Assembly (NCBI GenBank): GCA_033763315.1
Contig: JANRKS010000031.1
Coordinates: forward strand, 32,001-96,000
From: Deltaproteobacteria bacterium
GTDB lineage: Bacteria; Myxococcota_A; Polyangia; Fen-1088
Reading direction: 5' to 3'
Length of the DNA: 64,000 nt
This document shows, piece after piece, positions 19,823 through 30,718 of this stretch. Numbering within the stretch: position 1 is the first letter of the stretch; every line of letters starts with the position of its first letter. The position numbers and the translations under genes are program-made. A model generated the notes under the pieces. It was given only the letters and a program-made list of their open reading frames with translations, was not told where the DNA came from and did not search any database.

Positions 19823-21208
19823 ATGTCGTCATTCAAAGCGAACCGTCGAAACGTTCTTAAGGGCCTGGGTGTCACTTTAGGCTTGCCGTGGCTTGAAGCC
19901 TTGGCGCCGCGCAAAGCGTCTGCCGCTGATGTGAAGAAGCGGTGGGTGGTCATGTTTTTTCCCAATGGCACTGCGGCGTTCTGGGATCCCACGGGCACGG
20001 GCTCGGGCAGCGCGTGGAAGCTGTCTCCCATTCTCGAACCGTTGGCTCCTATCAAGGCGAAAACCACGGTGATGAGCAACGTCGAGAACTACTCGCCGTT
20101 TGGCAGCACTTCGGTGGAGCCCTCTCACTCGCAACTTGCTGGGGCTTTCTTAACGTGTACAAAGTGCGCGCCCTCACTGTCGCAAATTGGCAATGGCATC
20201 TCGGCGGATCAGATGCTGGTGCAAAAGCTGGCGCCACCCACGCCTTTTGCGTCGCTGCAGTTGGGGTTGACCACGAAGTATGCGGATCCTGACGGGCGCC
20301 ATCCATCGAATAGCCGCAGCATCTCGTGGGCGTCACCCACGCAACCGCTCTATAAAACGATGAACCCACAAACCGTGTTTGACAGTTTGATGGGTGGCTT
20401 GGGTGGGGGCTCCGCAGATCCTGCCGCAGAGAAACGCCGCGCGTTGAACAAAAGCGCACTTGATTACGTGATGGAAAGCGCCGCCGGCCTGCAAGGCCAA
20501 TTGGGGCAAAGCGACAAGCACCGCCTGGATGACTATCTATCGTCGGTGCGCGATCTTGAAAAGCGCGTCCTGAAGGTGAGCCCCACCGTTTCGGCCGCCT
20601 CGTGTACCTTGGGTGTACGTCCACAATCGATGGGGCTCAACATCATTCCGAACGGCTACAGCCGCAACACGCACGCTGAGCTAATGTTGGATCTGGTGGT
20701 CAAGGCCTTTGAGTGCGATTTGACGCGCGTTGTGTCCTTCATGATGGACGACGAACGCAGCGAGTATGGCTACACGTTCCTCAAGAGCCGCAACTTCACC
20801 GCCTCCGGATCGGTGGAAACCACCGCCAATGTGCAGGGGTCGTATCACGATCTGCAACACTCTGGTGACACCAACGCGAACTTCGCTACGATCACGCGTT
20901 GGAATGTCGAGAAGGTAAGCCAACTGGCCACGCGTATGGATGCCATCAAAGAGGGCGGGAGCACGCTTTTGGACAGTTCGGTCATTTACTTTGGCAGCAG
21001 CATGCACGGCGGCAACCACAGTGGCGTGCGCATACCGTCGCTTTACATCGGCAGCGGCGGTGGCGTGTTGAAAACCGACCAGCACATCGCTTTCCCGCAG
21101 GAGCAGCGCTTGTCAGACATTTATCTAACGATGATGCAGAAGGTGTTCGGCGCCAGCATCACATCGTTTGCGAACAGCAAGGGCGTGGTGCCGGCGATCC
21201 TGGCCTGA
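19823..21208 (+). CDS. DUF1552 Tat-exported protein, copy 2
   Basis: NRRNVLKG..LGLPWLE; FFPNG; ISADQ; SISW; AFECDLTRV; YHDLQH; TLLDSS. Confidence 0.92.
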   Translation: MSSFKANRRNVLKGLGVTLGLPWLEALAPRKASAADVKKRWVVMFFPNGTAAFWDPTGTGSGSAWKLSPILEPLAPIKAKTTVMSNVENYSPFGSTSVEPSHSQLAGAFLTCTKCAPSLSQIGNGISADQMLVQKLAPPTPFASLQLGLTTKYADPDGRHPSNSRSISWASPTQPLYKTMNPQTVFDSLMGGLGGGSADPAAEKRRALNKSALDYVMESAAGLQGQLGQSDKHRLDDYLSSVRDLEKRVLKVSPTVSAASCTLGVRPQSMGLNIIPNGYSRNTHAELMLDLVVKAFECDLTRVVSFMMDDERSEYGYTFLKSRNFTASGSVETTANVQGSYHDLQHSGDTNANFATITRWNVEKVSQLATRMDAIKEGGSTLLDSSVIYFGSSMHGGNHSGVRIPSLYIGSGGGVLKTDQHIAFPQEQRLSDIYLTMMQKVFGASITSFANSKGVVPAILA

Positions 21209-22894
21209 CTAGAAGGCCGCGGCCGTGCGCCCTGCGGCGGGATCGCCCGCCGCCGTCAGGATTTTAAACGTTGGGTCGATGACCAAAAGGCTGGGCTCGC
21301 CTTTGGGCACTTCATCCACCTCCACTTTGTGGCCCCATGTGACAAGCTGGGCGCCCGCGGCCTCCTTGAGTTTAAGATCGACCTTCACCACGCCCAGCCG
21401 GGGCGCCGTTTGTAAGAACGATCCCACAAGTTGTTCTGTGGCCCAGCGAGGCGCGGTGACCGCTTCATCGGGCAGCAACCGAAAATCGATAAGATCCATC
21501 AGCAATTGCAGCGTGACCTGATCTTGTACGTCACCGCCGGCCACCGAGATCGCAAACACGGGGCGGTTGTTCTTCATGACAAGCGTGGGCGTCAACGTGA
21601 TGCGCGGCCGCTTGCCGGGCTCGAGTGTGTTGGGATGATCGGGCCAGAGGTTGAAACTTTGCAAACGCGAGCCCAACCACACGCCCGTTTCGCCGGCTTC
21701 CACGCCCGACCAACCGCTGGCGGTCGCGGCCACCACGTTGCCTGCTTTATCGGCCACGACGCACGTTGTGGTGTCGTTGCTTTTGGCGAATTTTGTGGCC
21801 CATGGGGGCAGCTTGTCGATTGTGGGCTTCTTGTTCAGCGGATCGCCTGGCCGCATTTCATTGAGTGCCTTGTCGAGCGAGATCAGCTGTGCCCGCAGCG
21901 ATAGATAATAGGGGTAAAAGAGCTCTTCGGTGGGAACGCTGGCAAACCGCGGGTCACCCAGATAAAGATCGCGATCGGCGAACGCCAACTTCATCGCTTC
22001 TGCCGCCACGTGAACCGCGCGCGGGTTGGTGGGTGATAAGCCGTTCATCGCGAAACGTTCCACCATGCCAAGCGCCGCCAACAGCGCGGGTCCTTGTGTG
22101 AACGCGCCTGGCTTGAACACTTTATAGCCGCGGTATTCGGCAAAAATAGGTTGCTCGATGCGCGTGCTGTGCGTGGCGAGATCTTCAAACCGCAACAAAG
22201 CGCCGGTGGATTGTGCCCACTTGTCGATGTCGCGCGCAATGCGGCCGCGGTAGAACTCATCGGCCACGCGCACCAGGCCCAAACGGCGGGCGCCTTCAGC
22301 TTGCTTTTCGGCATCGCTCAATTTGCGTAGCGTGGTGGCCAAACGCCAGTGCCAGTTTTCGGTGCCCTTTTTCAGCAGCTCTTGCGTGGGTGCCGCCACC
22401 TCCTTGAAGGTTTTGGTTCCGTGCCGATCCAACAGCGTGAAGATGGCGTCGGGCGCTCCCGGCACAGTGGCTGCCAATGCGCCTTGCGCGGGAATGCCCT
22501 TTTTCGCGTAGAAGGCACGCGTGGCCAAACGTGGCGCCGCACCTTGCCCCGCGATCACTTCCACGCTGTTGTCGGCGGCGCTGTAAACCAGAACCACCAT
22601 CTCACCACCGAAATGAAACTTCTTGCCGTCGGCCACACTCAACGCCAACAGAGCCGCGGCCGCGCCATCGGCGGCGTTGCCACCCGCCTTCATCACCTGC
22701 AAGGCCGCATCGGTGGCTTCGCGTTTGCCTGTTGATACGGCGGCGTTTTTCCCTGACGCATACCAAGGCTTGGGCTGTGGCAGTGGCGCCTCGGCCGCGG
22801 GCGGGGGCGTTGCAGGGGCGGGCGGCGGCGCTTGTTCCTTGCACGAGGCGCACATCAGGCAAACCAATAAAGCGAAGTGAAACCGTGTTTGCAT
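21209..22894 (-). CDS. ggt: Gamma-glutamyltransferase-family Ntn hydrolase, lipoprotein
   Basis: GGNAADGA; TVPGAP; EAMKLAFADRD; cleavage Thr in NDTTTCVVADKAGN; PGKRP; GGDVQ; lipobox CASC. Confidence 0.88.
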   Translation of the reverse strand: MQTRFHFALLVCLMCASCKEQAPPPAPATPPPAAEAPLPQPKPWYASGKNAAVSTGKREATDAALQVMKAGGNAADGAAAALLALSVADGKKFHFGGEMVVLVYSAADNSVEVIAGQGAAPRLATRAFYAKKGIPAQGALAATVPGAPDAIFTLLDRHGTKTFKEVAAPTQELLKKGTENWHWRLATTLRKLSDAEKQAEGARRLGLVRVADEFYRGRIARDIDKWAQSTGALLRFEDLATHSTRIEQPIFAEYRGYKVFKPGAFTQGPALLAALGMVERFAMNGLSPTNPRAVHVAAEAMKLAFADRDLYLGDPRFASVPTEELFYPYYLSLRAQLISLDKALNEMRPGDPLNKKPTIDKLPPWATKFAKSNDTTTCVVADKAGNVVAATASGWSGVEAGETGVWLGSRLQSFNLWPDHPNTLEPGKRPRITLTPTLVMKNNRPVFAISVAGGDVQDQVTLQLLMDLIDFRLLPDEAVTAPRWATEQLVGSFLQTAPRLGVVKVDLKLKEAAGAQLVTWGHKVEVDEVPKGEPSLLVIDPTFKILTAAGDPAAGRTAAAF

Positions 22895-23041
22895 CGTGGA
22901 AATCTCCGCAGTGAACTGCGTTAGGTTCGATCTCATTGCCCGCGGGCCAAGTCAAGCGTGGGTGGATTTTGGCGCGGGCGTTCGGACGGCGATCACAGCT
23001 CGTGCCGCACGAAAACATCCATCCCGGCGGTGGATGGCCGC

Positions 23042-23054
23042 TAACATGCTGATA
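23042..23054 (-). promoter_or_regulatory. Possible IHF site in the ggt/purL divergent region
   Basis: Minus strand TATCAGCATGTTA matches WATCARNNNNTTR in a locally AT-rich patch. Confidence 0.3.
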
Positions 23055-23143
23055 TTACTTGAAAAAGACTGGGGGGCCCGTAAAGGCGGGCGCATCGTTG
23101 TCGCACGCCTCGAAAATACCCGGCGCCCCGCACACGGCTGCCC

Positions 23144-23172
23144 TTGAAGGGGCTGCGCTTTTCCGCCACTTT
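23144..23172 (+). promoter_or_regulatory. Candidate sigma-70 promoter for purL
   Basis: TTGAAG-N17-CACTTT, 6 nt before GTG 23179. Confidence 0.35.
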
Positions 23173-23178
23173 ACCCCC

Positions 23179-26100
23179 GTGCTTGCCCTGCCCGGTACGT
23201 CCGCCTTTTCCTCTGCCCGCCTCAACAAACAGCTTGCCTTGGTGCGTGCGCAGAACCCCGGAATCGAGGCGTTGTACGCCCGCTTCGTGCACTTCATCGA
23301 CGCCCAGGACAACGACGTCGACGCGCCCACGCGGGCGACCCTGGAAAAGCTGTTGCGGTATGGCCCCAAGGACGTGGCCAAGAAGGCCGAAGGCACACGG
23401 CTGTGGGTGGTGCCCCGCTTGGGCACGATCTCACCTTGGTCTTCGAAGGCCACCGACATCGCGCGCATCTGCGGCTTGTCGCAGGTGTTACGCATCGAAC
23501 GCGGCATCGAATACACGATCGTTGGTGACGTGGCATCGCCTGCGGCTTTGCGCGCCGCCTTGCATGACCGCATGACAGAAACCGTTTTGCAAAGCGAAGC
23601 CGAGGCCGAGCGTTTGTTTGTGCGTGCTGCCCCGAAGCCGCTTTCCACGGTCGACGTGATCGCGCAAGGCCGCCAGGCACTTGTGGCCGCCAACGCCAAC
23701 TTGGGTTTGGCCTTGGCCGACGACGAGATTGACTACCTGACGCGCAGCTTCGAAGGCTTGGGACGCAACCCCACGGATGTGGAGTTGATGATGTTCGCGC
23801 AAGCCAACAGCGAACACTGTCGTCACAAGATCTTCAATGCCGACTTTGTGATCGACGGCGAAACGCAAACGCAATCGCTGTTCCGAATGATCCGGCGCAG
23901 CACCGAAGCCAGCCCGGGTGGCGTGCTTTCAGCCTACAAAGACAACGCCGCCGTGATTGAAGGCAGCGAAGGCGGCCGCTTCTTCCCGGATCCGCAAACC
24001 AACGTGTACGCGAGCACGCGCGAGCCTGTGCACATCTTGATGAAAGTGGAGACGCACAACCACCCCACGGCGATCTCACCTTTCCCAGGCGCGTCCACCG
24101 GATCGGGCGGCGAAATTCGCGACGAAGGCGCCACAGGGCGTGGTGCCAAGCCCAAGGCTGGGTTAACGGGCTTTTCGGTATCGAATTTGAACCTGCCCGA
24201 GGCGGCTCGTCCGTGGGAAAACAACTATGGCAAGCCCGGCCGCATCGCTTCGGCGTTGGACATCATGCTTGAAGCGCCCTTGGGCGGCGCGGCGTTCAAC
24301 AATGAGTTTGGCCGTCCCAACCTTGCGGGGTATTTCCGCACGTTTGAACTGGAAGTGCCCGGCGTGCGTGGCCGCGAAGTGCGCGGTTATCACAAGCCCA
24401 TCATGTTGGCGGGCGGCATGGGTAACATCCGCGCGGGCCACGTGCAGAAGAATACGATTGCAGAGGGCGCGCCCGTGATCGTGTTGGGCGGGCCGGCGAT
24501 GTTGATTGGTTTGGGTGGTGGCGCGGCTTCGTCGATGGCTTCGGGCGCCTCCGCCGAAGATCTCGATTTTGCGTCCGTTCAACGTGACAACGCCGAAATG
24601 GAGCGGCGCTGCCAAGAGGTAATCGATCGGTGTTGGGCGTTGGGTGATGCCAATCCCATCGCTTCGATTCACGACGTGGGCGCGGGTGGGCTTTCGAATG
24701 CGTTGCCCGAGCTTGTGCACGGCAGTGACAGGGGCGCACGCTTTGCCTTGCGCAAGATCCCGAACGACGAACCAGGCATGTCGCCGCTTGAGATCTGGTG
24801 CAACGAATCGCAAGAGCGCTACGTTTTGGCGTTGGCGCCCGACGCGCTCAGCATCTTCACGCAAATTTGCGAACGCGAGCGCTGCCCGTTTGCGGTGTTG
24901 GGGCACGCCACCAGCGATGGCCACCTGCAGGTCAGCGACGAGCATTTCGGCAACAACCCGATCGATCTGCCGCTCGGTTTGGTGCTGGACAAGCCGCCCA
25001 AGATGCTGCGCAACGTGAAGAGCGAAAAACCAACGCTCACAACATTTGATGCGCGCAACATTGATTTGACCGAGGCGTTGCGACGCGTGTTGTTGCTGCC
25101 CACCGTGGGCGACAAAACGTTTTTGATTTCGATTGGTGACCGCAGCATCACCGGCTTGGTGGCTCGCGATCAAATGGTAGGCCCGCATCAAGTGCCCGTG
25201 GCCGACGTGGCCGTCACCGCCACCGCCTTCGACGTTTACACAGGCGAAGCGATGGCTATGGGTGAACGCACGCCTGTGGCGCTGGTGAACGCCGCCGCGG
25301 CCGCGCGCCTGACGGTGGCTGAAGCCATCACCAACTTGGCGGCCGCACCGATCGCGGATCTCAGCCACGTCAAGCTTTCGGCGAACTGGATGGCGCCCGC
25401 GGGGCACCCCGGTGAAGACGCGCGCCTTTACGAAGCTGTGCGCACGGTGGGCACCGAACTGTGTCCGGCTTTGGGCATTGCGATCCCAGTGGGCAAAGAC
25501 AGCATGTCGATGCGCACCGTGTGGCAAGAAGGTGCGGCCGAAAAGAGCGTGACGGCACCGCTGTCTCTCATCGTCACGGCGTTCGCACCTGTGGTCGACA
25601 TTCGCCGCACCCTCACGCCAGAGCTCAAGCACGGCCCAGGCATTGACTCGCGTTTGTTGTTGATCGATTTGGGCCGCGGCAAAAGCCGCTTGGGTGGCAG
25701 CGTGTTGGCGCAAGTGTTTGGCCAACTTGGCAACGAAGCACCCGATCTCGACGCGGCCGCTTCCCTCAAGGCGTTTTTCACGGCGATCCAAACGCTCAAC
25801 AACGAAGGCCTATTGTTGGCCTACCACGATCGCTCCGATGGCGGCGTGATCGTGACTTTGCTTGAGATGGCCTTTGCCGGTGGCGTGGGCTTGGACGTGG
25901 CGGTGGAGCGGTTGGGGCCAAACCCTGTGGCGTCGCTGTTCGCGGAAGAGCTGGGAGCGGTGATCCAAGTGCATGCGGGCGATCTGCCGCGGGTGCGTAT
26001 GGTGCTGGCCGAGCAAGGGTTGGAAACGGCCACACATGATGTGGCGCGTGTGGTGCCTGGCGACCGCATCGTGGTGCGCGACAACGGGCGTGTGTTGTTG

Positions 26101-27066
26101 GATGAAGCGCGATCGACCCTGCGCGGTTTGTGGTCAGACACGACGTTTCGGATGCAGTCGCTGCGCGACAACCCCGATTGCGCGGCCGAGGAGCACGCGC
26201 GTCGCACGGATGCCACCGATCCAGGCTTGACTGTGGTGTTGCCGTTCGATCCCGCCGAGGATGTAGCAGCGCCGTTCGTGGCACGTGGGGTGAGGCCGCG
26301 TGTCGCGATCTTGCGTGAGCAAGGCGTGAACGGCCAAATCGAAATGGCAGCGGCGTTCACACGGGCGGGCTTTGAGGCCGTGGACGTGCACATGAGCGAC
26401 GTGTTGGAAGGACGCGTGTCGCTGGCCAACTTCAAAGGCTTGGCGGCATGTGGCGGTTTCTCCTACGGCGACGTGTTGGGCGCCGGCGAAGGGTGGGCCA
26501 AATCAATCTTGTTCAACGCGCGGGCGCGGGAAAGCTTTCAAACGTTCTTCTATCGGCCCGATACGTTTGCCCTAGGCGTGTGCAACGGCTGCCAGATGAT
26601 GTCGAACCTGCACGAGCTGATCCCGGGCGCGCAAACGTGGCCGCGCTTTGTGCGCAACCGGTCGGATCGTTTCGAGGCCCGCTTGGGTTTGGTGGCGATG
26701 CAGAAAACACCGTCCATCTTTTTTTCGGGCATGGAAGGCGCGCGCTTGCCGATCGCGGTGGCGCACGGCGAAGGCCGCGCGGAATTCCGCGACGATTTTC
26801 ACAAAGCCTCGCTTGAAGCGGCCGGGTTGGTGGCGGCGCGTTTCGTCGATAACCGCGGCCAAGTGGCGGCCACCTATCCGGCCAACCCCAATGGCTCACC
26901 CGCAGGCATCACCGCCGTTACCACGCCCGGCGGCCGCGTGACGATTATGATGCCGCACCCCGAGCGTGTGTTCCGCACGGTGGCGCTGTCATGGCACCCC
27001 GAAGGCTGGGGCGAAGACAGCCCGTGGATGCGCATGTTCCGCAACGCGCGTGCTTGGGTGAGCTAA
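23179..27066 (+). CDS. purL: Phosphoribosylformylglycinamidine synthase (large single-chain PurL)
   Basis: [16 protein letters not shown]; [12 protein letters not shown]; KVETHNHPT; HDVGAGG; GGFSYGD; GVCNGCQ; MMPHPER. 1295 aa from the GTG start. Confidence 0.98.
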   Translation: MLALPGTSAFSSARLNKQLALVRAQNPGIEALYARFVHFIDAQDNDVDAPTRATLEKLLRYGPKDVAKKAEGTRLWVVPRLGTISPWSSKATDIARICGLSQVLRIERGIEYTIVGDVASPAALRAALHDRMTETVLQSEAEAERLFVRAAPKPLSTVDVIAQGRQALVAANANLGLALADDEIDYLTRSFEGLGRNPTDVELMMFAQANSEHCRHKIFNADFVIDGETQTQSLFRMIRRSTEASPGGVLSAYKDNAAVIEGSEGGRFFPDPQTNVYASTREPVHILMKVETHNHPTAISPFPGASTGSGGEIRDEGATGRGAKPKAGLTGFSVSNLNLPEAARPWENNYGKPGRIASALDIMLEAPLGGAAFNNEFGRPNLAGYFRTFELEVPGVRGREVRGYHKPIMLAGGMGNIRAGHVQKNTIAEGAPVIVLGGPAMLIGLGGGAASSMASGASAEDLDFASVQRDNAEMERRCQEVIDRCWALGDANPIASIHDVGAGGLSNALPELVHGSDRGARFALRKIPNDEPGMSPLEIWCNESQERYVLALAPDALSIFTQICERERCPFAVLGHATSDGHLQVSDEHFGNNPIDLPLGLVLDKPPKMLRNVKSEKPTLTTFDARNIDLTEALRRVLLLPTVGDKTFLISIGDRSITGLVARDQMVGPHQVPVADVAVTATAFDVYTGEAMAMGERTPVALVNAAAAARLTVAEAITNLAAAPIADLSHVKLSANWMAPAGHPGEDARLYEAVRTVGTELCPALGIAIPVGKDSMSMRTVWQEGAAEKSVTAPLSLIVTAFAPVVDIRRTLTPELKHGPGIDSRLLLIDLGRGKSRLGGSVLAQVFGQLGNEAPDLDAAASLKAFFTAIQTLNNEGLLLAYHDRSDGGVIVTLLEMAFAGGVGLDVAVERLGPNPVASLFAEELGAVIQVHAGDLPRVRMVLAEQGLETATHDVARVVPGDRIVVRDNGRVLLDEARSTLRGLWSDTTFRMQSLRDNPDCAAEEHARRTDATDPGLTVVLPFDPAEDVAAPFVARGVRPRVAILREQGVNGQIEMAAAFTRAGFEAVDVHMSDVLEGRVSLANFKGLAACGGFSYGDVLGAGEGWAKSILFNARARESFQTFFYRPDTFALGVCNGCQMMSNLHELIPGAQTWPRFVRNRSDRFEARLGLVAMQKTPSIFFSGMEGARLPIAVAHGEGRAEFRDDFHKASLEAAGLVAARFVDNRGQVAATYPANPNGSPAGITAVTTPGGRVTIMMPHPERVFRTVALSWHPEGWGEDSPWMRMFRNARAWVS

Positions 27067-27069
27067 CGC

Positions 27070-29415
27070 TTACGCGTTCAGATCAACGCTTTCGAACCGA
27101 AAGTCTTTGCCCAACATCGTTCCCCAGATTCGCTCTGAGCCTTCATGATCGGAAGGTCCAAAGTCGATCGAAGTGCCGAGGCCCAGATCCAGCCCCTTGG
27201 TTTGCTCCAACACATCCACCAGCTCTTCTCGGTCAAAGCGCTTGCATCGCTTCAACGCATCCACCAGCAAGCAGCCAACTATGTAGCCTTCCAGGCTCAC
27301 AAAGCCGGGTGTTTCTTCCGGAAAAAAGCGCATCAAGGTTTTCCGATAGGTGATGACGCCCGTGGCTTCGGCGAATGGGTGGGGCACCACTTGCGTGACC
27401 AGCGTTTCTTTGGGCACATCGCCCAGGCCGCGCAGCTCTTCGGCCAACGCTTGGCTGTTCACGAACGAGACGTTGGCGAACATCTTTTCAACGTTCCGTT
27501 GGCGCAAGCCATCGATGAAACGCGCCGCCGCTCGATACGTGGCCACCATGACCACCGCGTCGATGCGCCCGCTTTGTGCCGCGATCTTCTCGACCGCTTG
27601 GCTCACGTTCAAGCTATTGCGTTCGTACTTGGCGTGCACCAAATGTTCGGTGGCAAAGAAGTTGTGGCGGCGCAGCTGCGCGAAAACGCCCTCTAACCCC
27701 GCCTCGCCATAGGCATCGTCTTGCGTGAACAGGGCGATGCGTTCAGGCGGAACGCGGCGGACCAGCACAAAGTGATCGATCATGGCCGCGGTCTCTTGTG
27801 CGTAGCTGGCGCGGTAGTTGAACACGTAGCGATCGGGCGGCGTCTTGCGCAGCAAGGGCGCCCCTGTCATCGCGCCCACAAATGGCGTCTTTTGCGCCAA
27901 GATCAACGGCAACACCGCTTCGGCCGTGGCCGTGCCAACGTTGCCCACCACGGCCAAAACCTTGGCTGTGCTCAACAGGCTTTGCACATTCGTTTTGGCG
28001 CGCGCCGGCTCGTAGCCATCGTCGAGTGCAATGATCTGCACGGCGCGGGGCAATTCGCCGTCGGCCTCCGCGGCGCGCAGACGCGCGTCGATCCCTGTGT
28101 GCATGGAACGGCCCAGCAGCTGTGAGGGGCCACTGAACGCGGCGCTGATGCCGAGGCGCAGCGGCTCGCGGTTACCAAGGCCCAGCTTGATGCCCATGCC
28201 GAAGCCGGCGGCACCAAAACCCGCCACGGCGCCGCCCACAAGCAGCTTGCGTCGCGATCCGCGTGGTTTCGTTGCCACAACTGCGGGTTTGAGCCGGCTT
28301 TGGATCTCCACGCCGCCAAGCGATGTTGGTGCAGCGGCACTGGGGGGCGATGGCGCCACGTTTGGCAGCAACGCTGTGGCCGCCACGCCGCGCGCGTTTT
28401 GGCCGGCGGGCGTGGGCAAAACAGCGGTGCGCGGCACAGCCACAGGCAACGCTGCCGTTGCGGCCACGACGGGCCCTGTCGCTTGGCCGCGCGCGGCCGC
28501 CGCCAAGGCTTGCCACAGCTCGGCGACGCTTGCGAAACGCTGTTGAGGATTCGCCTCCAGCGCTTTGAAGATCACCGCTTGCACCGGCACCGGCACTTCT
28601 GGTGGTGCCGCTGGCAATGGATCCGGTGCCGCGCTCAGTTGCCGCGCCATAATTGATTGCGCCGTGTGGCCACCAAACGGGTTGCGACCGGCCAACATGA
28701 AATACAAGACGGCGCCCAGGCCATAGATATCAGAACGTGCGTCGGGCTCGGCCGTGGCTGTGATCTGCTCGGGCGCCGCATAACCGGGCGTGCCCAACAT
28801 GAAGCCGTCGCGCGTGATATGCGTGTCGAGTGTGATGTGGCGGGCCAAACCAAAATCCAACACTTTCACCGCCAGGGACGCATCAGCTTTGCGCGGCAAA
28901 AACACATTCGCGGGTTTCAGATCGCGGTGCACCAAGCCCACACGGTGAGCTTCCTGAACGCCGGCACAGATCTGTTTGAAGATCTCGAGCGCGGTTGTGA
29001 ACGGCAGCCCTTGGTTGGGTGGCACCACATCATGAAGTGGGGCGCCCTCCAACAATTCCATCACTAAGAAGAAGACGCCTTGCTCAGTGTTGCCACAATC
29101 GTAAACGTGCACGATGTTGGCGTGGCTCAGCTGGCTGAGTAAGCGGGCCTCACGAAAGAAACGCGTCACCAGGCTGGGATCGCGTTCGAGGCCAGGCAAC
29201 AATGTCTTGATCGCCACGCGCCGTCCGAGCGCCAACTGCGTGCCTTCGTAAACGGCGCCGAAGCCACCCTCACCGATCTTGCGATCCACACGGTAGGTGC
29301 CTTTGAGCGTGCTGCCCGCCAAGTTCACCTCAACGGGCTTGTCAATCAACGTGACGCCATCGACGGGGCAGGTTGGCCCCGCTCCCTCGTGCCCGCATAT
29401 AGGACAAAATCGCAT
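27070..29415 (-). CDS. Ser/Thr kinase fused to a periplasmic branched-chain-amino-acid-type (Venus flytrap) binding domain
   Basis: N-terminal CPICG..CPVDG; GEGGFG; HRDLKPAN; DFG; APE; TM; then LGISAAFSGP, ALDDGYEP, GNVGT, FNYRASY, SLEGY. Start re-set to MRFC. Confidence 0.9.
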   Translation of the reverse strand: MRFCPICGHEGAGPTCPVDGVTLIDKPVEVNLAGSTLKGTYRVDRKIGEGGFGAVYEGTQLALGRRVAIKTLLPGLERDPSLVTRFFREARLLSQLSHANIVHVYDCGNTEQGVFFLVMELLEGAPLHDVVPPNQGLPFTTALEIFKQICAGVQEAHRVGLVHRDLKPANVFLPRKADASLAVKVLDFGLARHITLDTHITRDGFMLGTPGYAAPEQITATAEPDARSDIYGLGAVLYFMLAGRNPFGGHTAQSIMARQLSAAPDPLPAAPPEVPVPVQAVIFKALEANPQQRFASVAELWQALAAAARGQATGPVVAATAALPVAVPRTAVLPTPAGQNARGVAATALLPNVAPSPPSAAAPTSLGGVEIQSRLKPAVVATKPRGSRRKLLVGGAVAGFGAAGFGMGIKLGLGNREPLRLGISAAFSGPSQLLGRSMHTGIDARLRAAEADGELPRAVQIIALDDGYEPARAKTNVQSLLSTAKVLAVVGNVGTATAEAVLPLILAQKTPFVGAMTGAPLLRKTPPDRYVFNYRASYAQETAAMIDHFVLVRRVPPERIALFTQDDAYGEAGLEGVFAQLRRHNFFATEHLVHAKYERNSLNVSQAVEKIAAQSGRIDAVVMVATYRAAARFIDGLRQRNVEKMFANVSFVNSQALAEELRGLGDVPKETLVTQVVPHPFAEATGVITYRKTLMRFFPEETPGFVSLEGYIVGCLLVDALKRCKRFDREELVDVLEQTKGLDLGLGTSIDFGPSDHEGSERIWGTMLGKDFRFESVDLNA

Positions 29416-29619
29416 TCCCGTGTGCCCGTTCTGCGGCCCATGCTTTGTGCGCGCCGCCTGGGCAACATCGGTTGTTTGCGGGCTTGGCTTGACGCTGCTG
29501 GGCGTGGGCCATGTGTATCCAGATGGCGCATCGACCTGTCGGGATTGACAGGCCTGGCGCGCGGACCATGCGAAAGCCACTGCCTCGTTCGTATGGCGTA
29601 GGTAGTCTTCGCCAGCACC

Positions 29620-30714
29620 ATGAAACACATGCAGTTCGTTGCTTCTTTGTGCTTGCCGTTGCTGTTGTGGGGCTGCCAAGCCAACAACGACACGGAAGGC
29701 TGCGATAACTCTGACGAAGGCTGCGGCGGCGCGGGCGGTGAAGCCAGTGGCGGCGCCGGAGGTGACGGCGGCACGAACGCCGGCGCAGAAGGAGGCAAAG
29801 CCAACGGTGGCCAAGGTGGCAACGCCGGTGGTGCTGCGGGTGGCTCGGGTGGCATAGCCGGGTCCGGCGGCGCTGGCGGCACAGCGGGATCCGCGGGCGG
29901 TATTGCTGGCTCCAATGGTGGTGCCGGCGGTGCGGCGACGGGCGGCGCGGGTGGCGTTGCGATGGGCGGCAGCAGCGGCACGGGCGGCGCCGCCACCGAT
30001 CCGAAAGCAAAGAATTGGGTGTTCTTAATGTTGGGTCAATCCAACATGTCAGGCATGGCCGATTGCCAGGCCGAAGACATCGTCGCTCCGCCACGCGTGT
30101 TCAAGATCGCGCGCAACAAAAGCTGGGTGCCTGGTCATGAACCCTTTAACGTCAGCGAATACAGCAGCCAAACTGGCGCCGCGTGCAAGGTGGGCGATCG
30201 CAGCATGGGCCCAAGCCGCGCGTTTGCAGTGAACTTGCTGATGCAAGTCACCGATCCTGAAGTGAACATCTATGTCGCAAACATCGCTGTCAGCGGATCG
30301 TCCATCGAACAATGGGATCCACAAACAGGCAAGAACTGGACGCCGATGTTGCCTTACCTTGATGAGGCCCTGAAAAAGGGCGTTTTGCGCGGCTTCATAT
30401 GGCATCAAGGTGAAGCCAATGGCGGCACAGATCCAGCCGTCTATGCGGCCAAGTTGGGCGCCATCGTGACCGCGATCCGCACGAGGGCCGGCAACGCGAC
30501 GGTGCCCGTGGTTGCCGGTGAAGTGGGCACCACCAGCGACACGGGCCGCGTGAACATGGCGTTGGCGATGATGGCCGCGGCTGACAAAAACTTCGGCGTG
30601 GCCACTTCGGAGAACCTATCGCTCATCGACAACGTTCACTACGACAACAAATCGCAGCGCGAGTACGGCAAGCGCTATGCCGCCGCTTGGTGGAACATCG
30701 TCAACAAGAAATGA
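29620..30714 (+). CDS. Sialate O-acetylesterase / CE6-like SGNH hydrolase lipoprotein with long Gly-rich linker
   Basis: Lipobox LWGC; GQSNM; WHQGEAN; DNVH. Confidence 0.88.
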   Translation: MKHMQFVASLCLPLLLWGCQANNDTEGCDNSDEGCGGAGGEASGGAGGDGGTNAGAEGGKANGGQGGNAGGAAGGSGGIAGSGGAGGTAGSAGGIAGSNGGAGGAATGGAGGVAMGGSSGTGGAATDPKAKNWVFLMLGQSNMSGMADCQAEDIVAPPRVFKIARNKSWVPGHEPFNVSEYSSQTGAACKVGDRSMGPSRAFAVNLLMQVTDPEVNIYVANIAVSGSSIEQWDPQTGKNWTPMLPYLDEALKKGVLRGFIWHQGEANGGTDPAVYAAKLGAIVTAIRTRAGNATVPVVAGEVGTTSDTGRVNMALAMMAAADKNFGVATSENLSLIDNVHYDNKSQREYGKRYAAAWWNIVNKK

Positions 30715-30718
30715 CCGG

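Noticed and set aside
24163-25791. 542-aa minus-strand ORF
   Set aside because: Antisense shadow of purL with no recognisable motifs; expected in GC-rich DNA.
29416-29814. N-terminal extension of the kinase-binding-protein ORF
   Set aside because: Overlaps the divergent esterase; the zinc ribbon begins at ATG 29415.
29720-30000. GGC-rich repetitive tract as a tandem repeat or CRISPR array
   Set aside because: It is a Gly/Ala-coding linker; there are no fixed repeat-spacer units and no cas genes.
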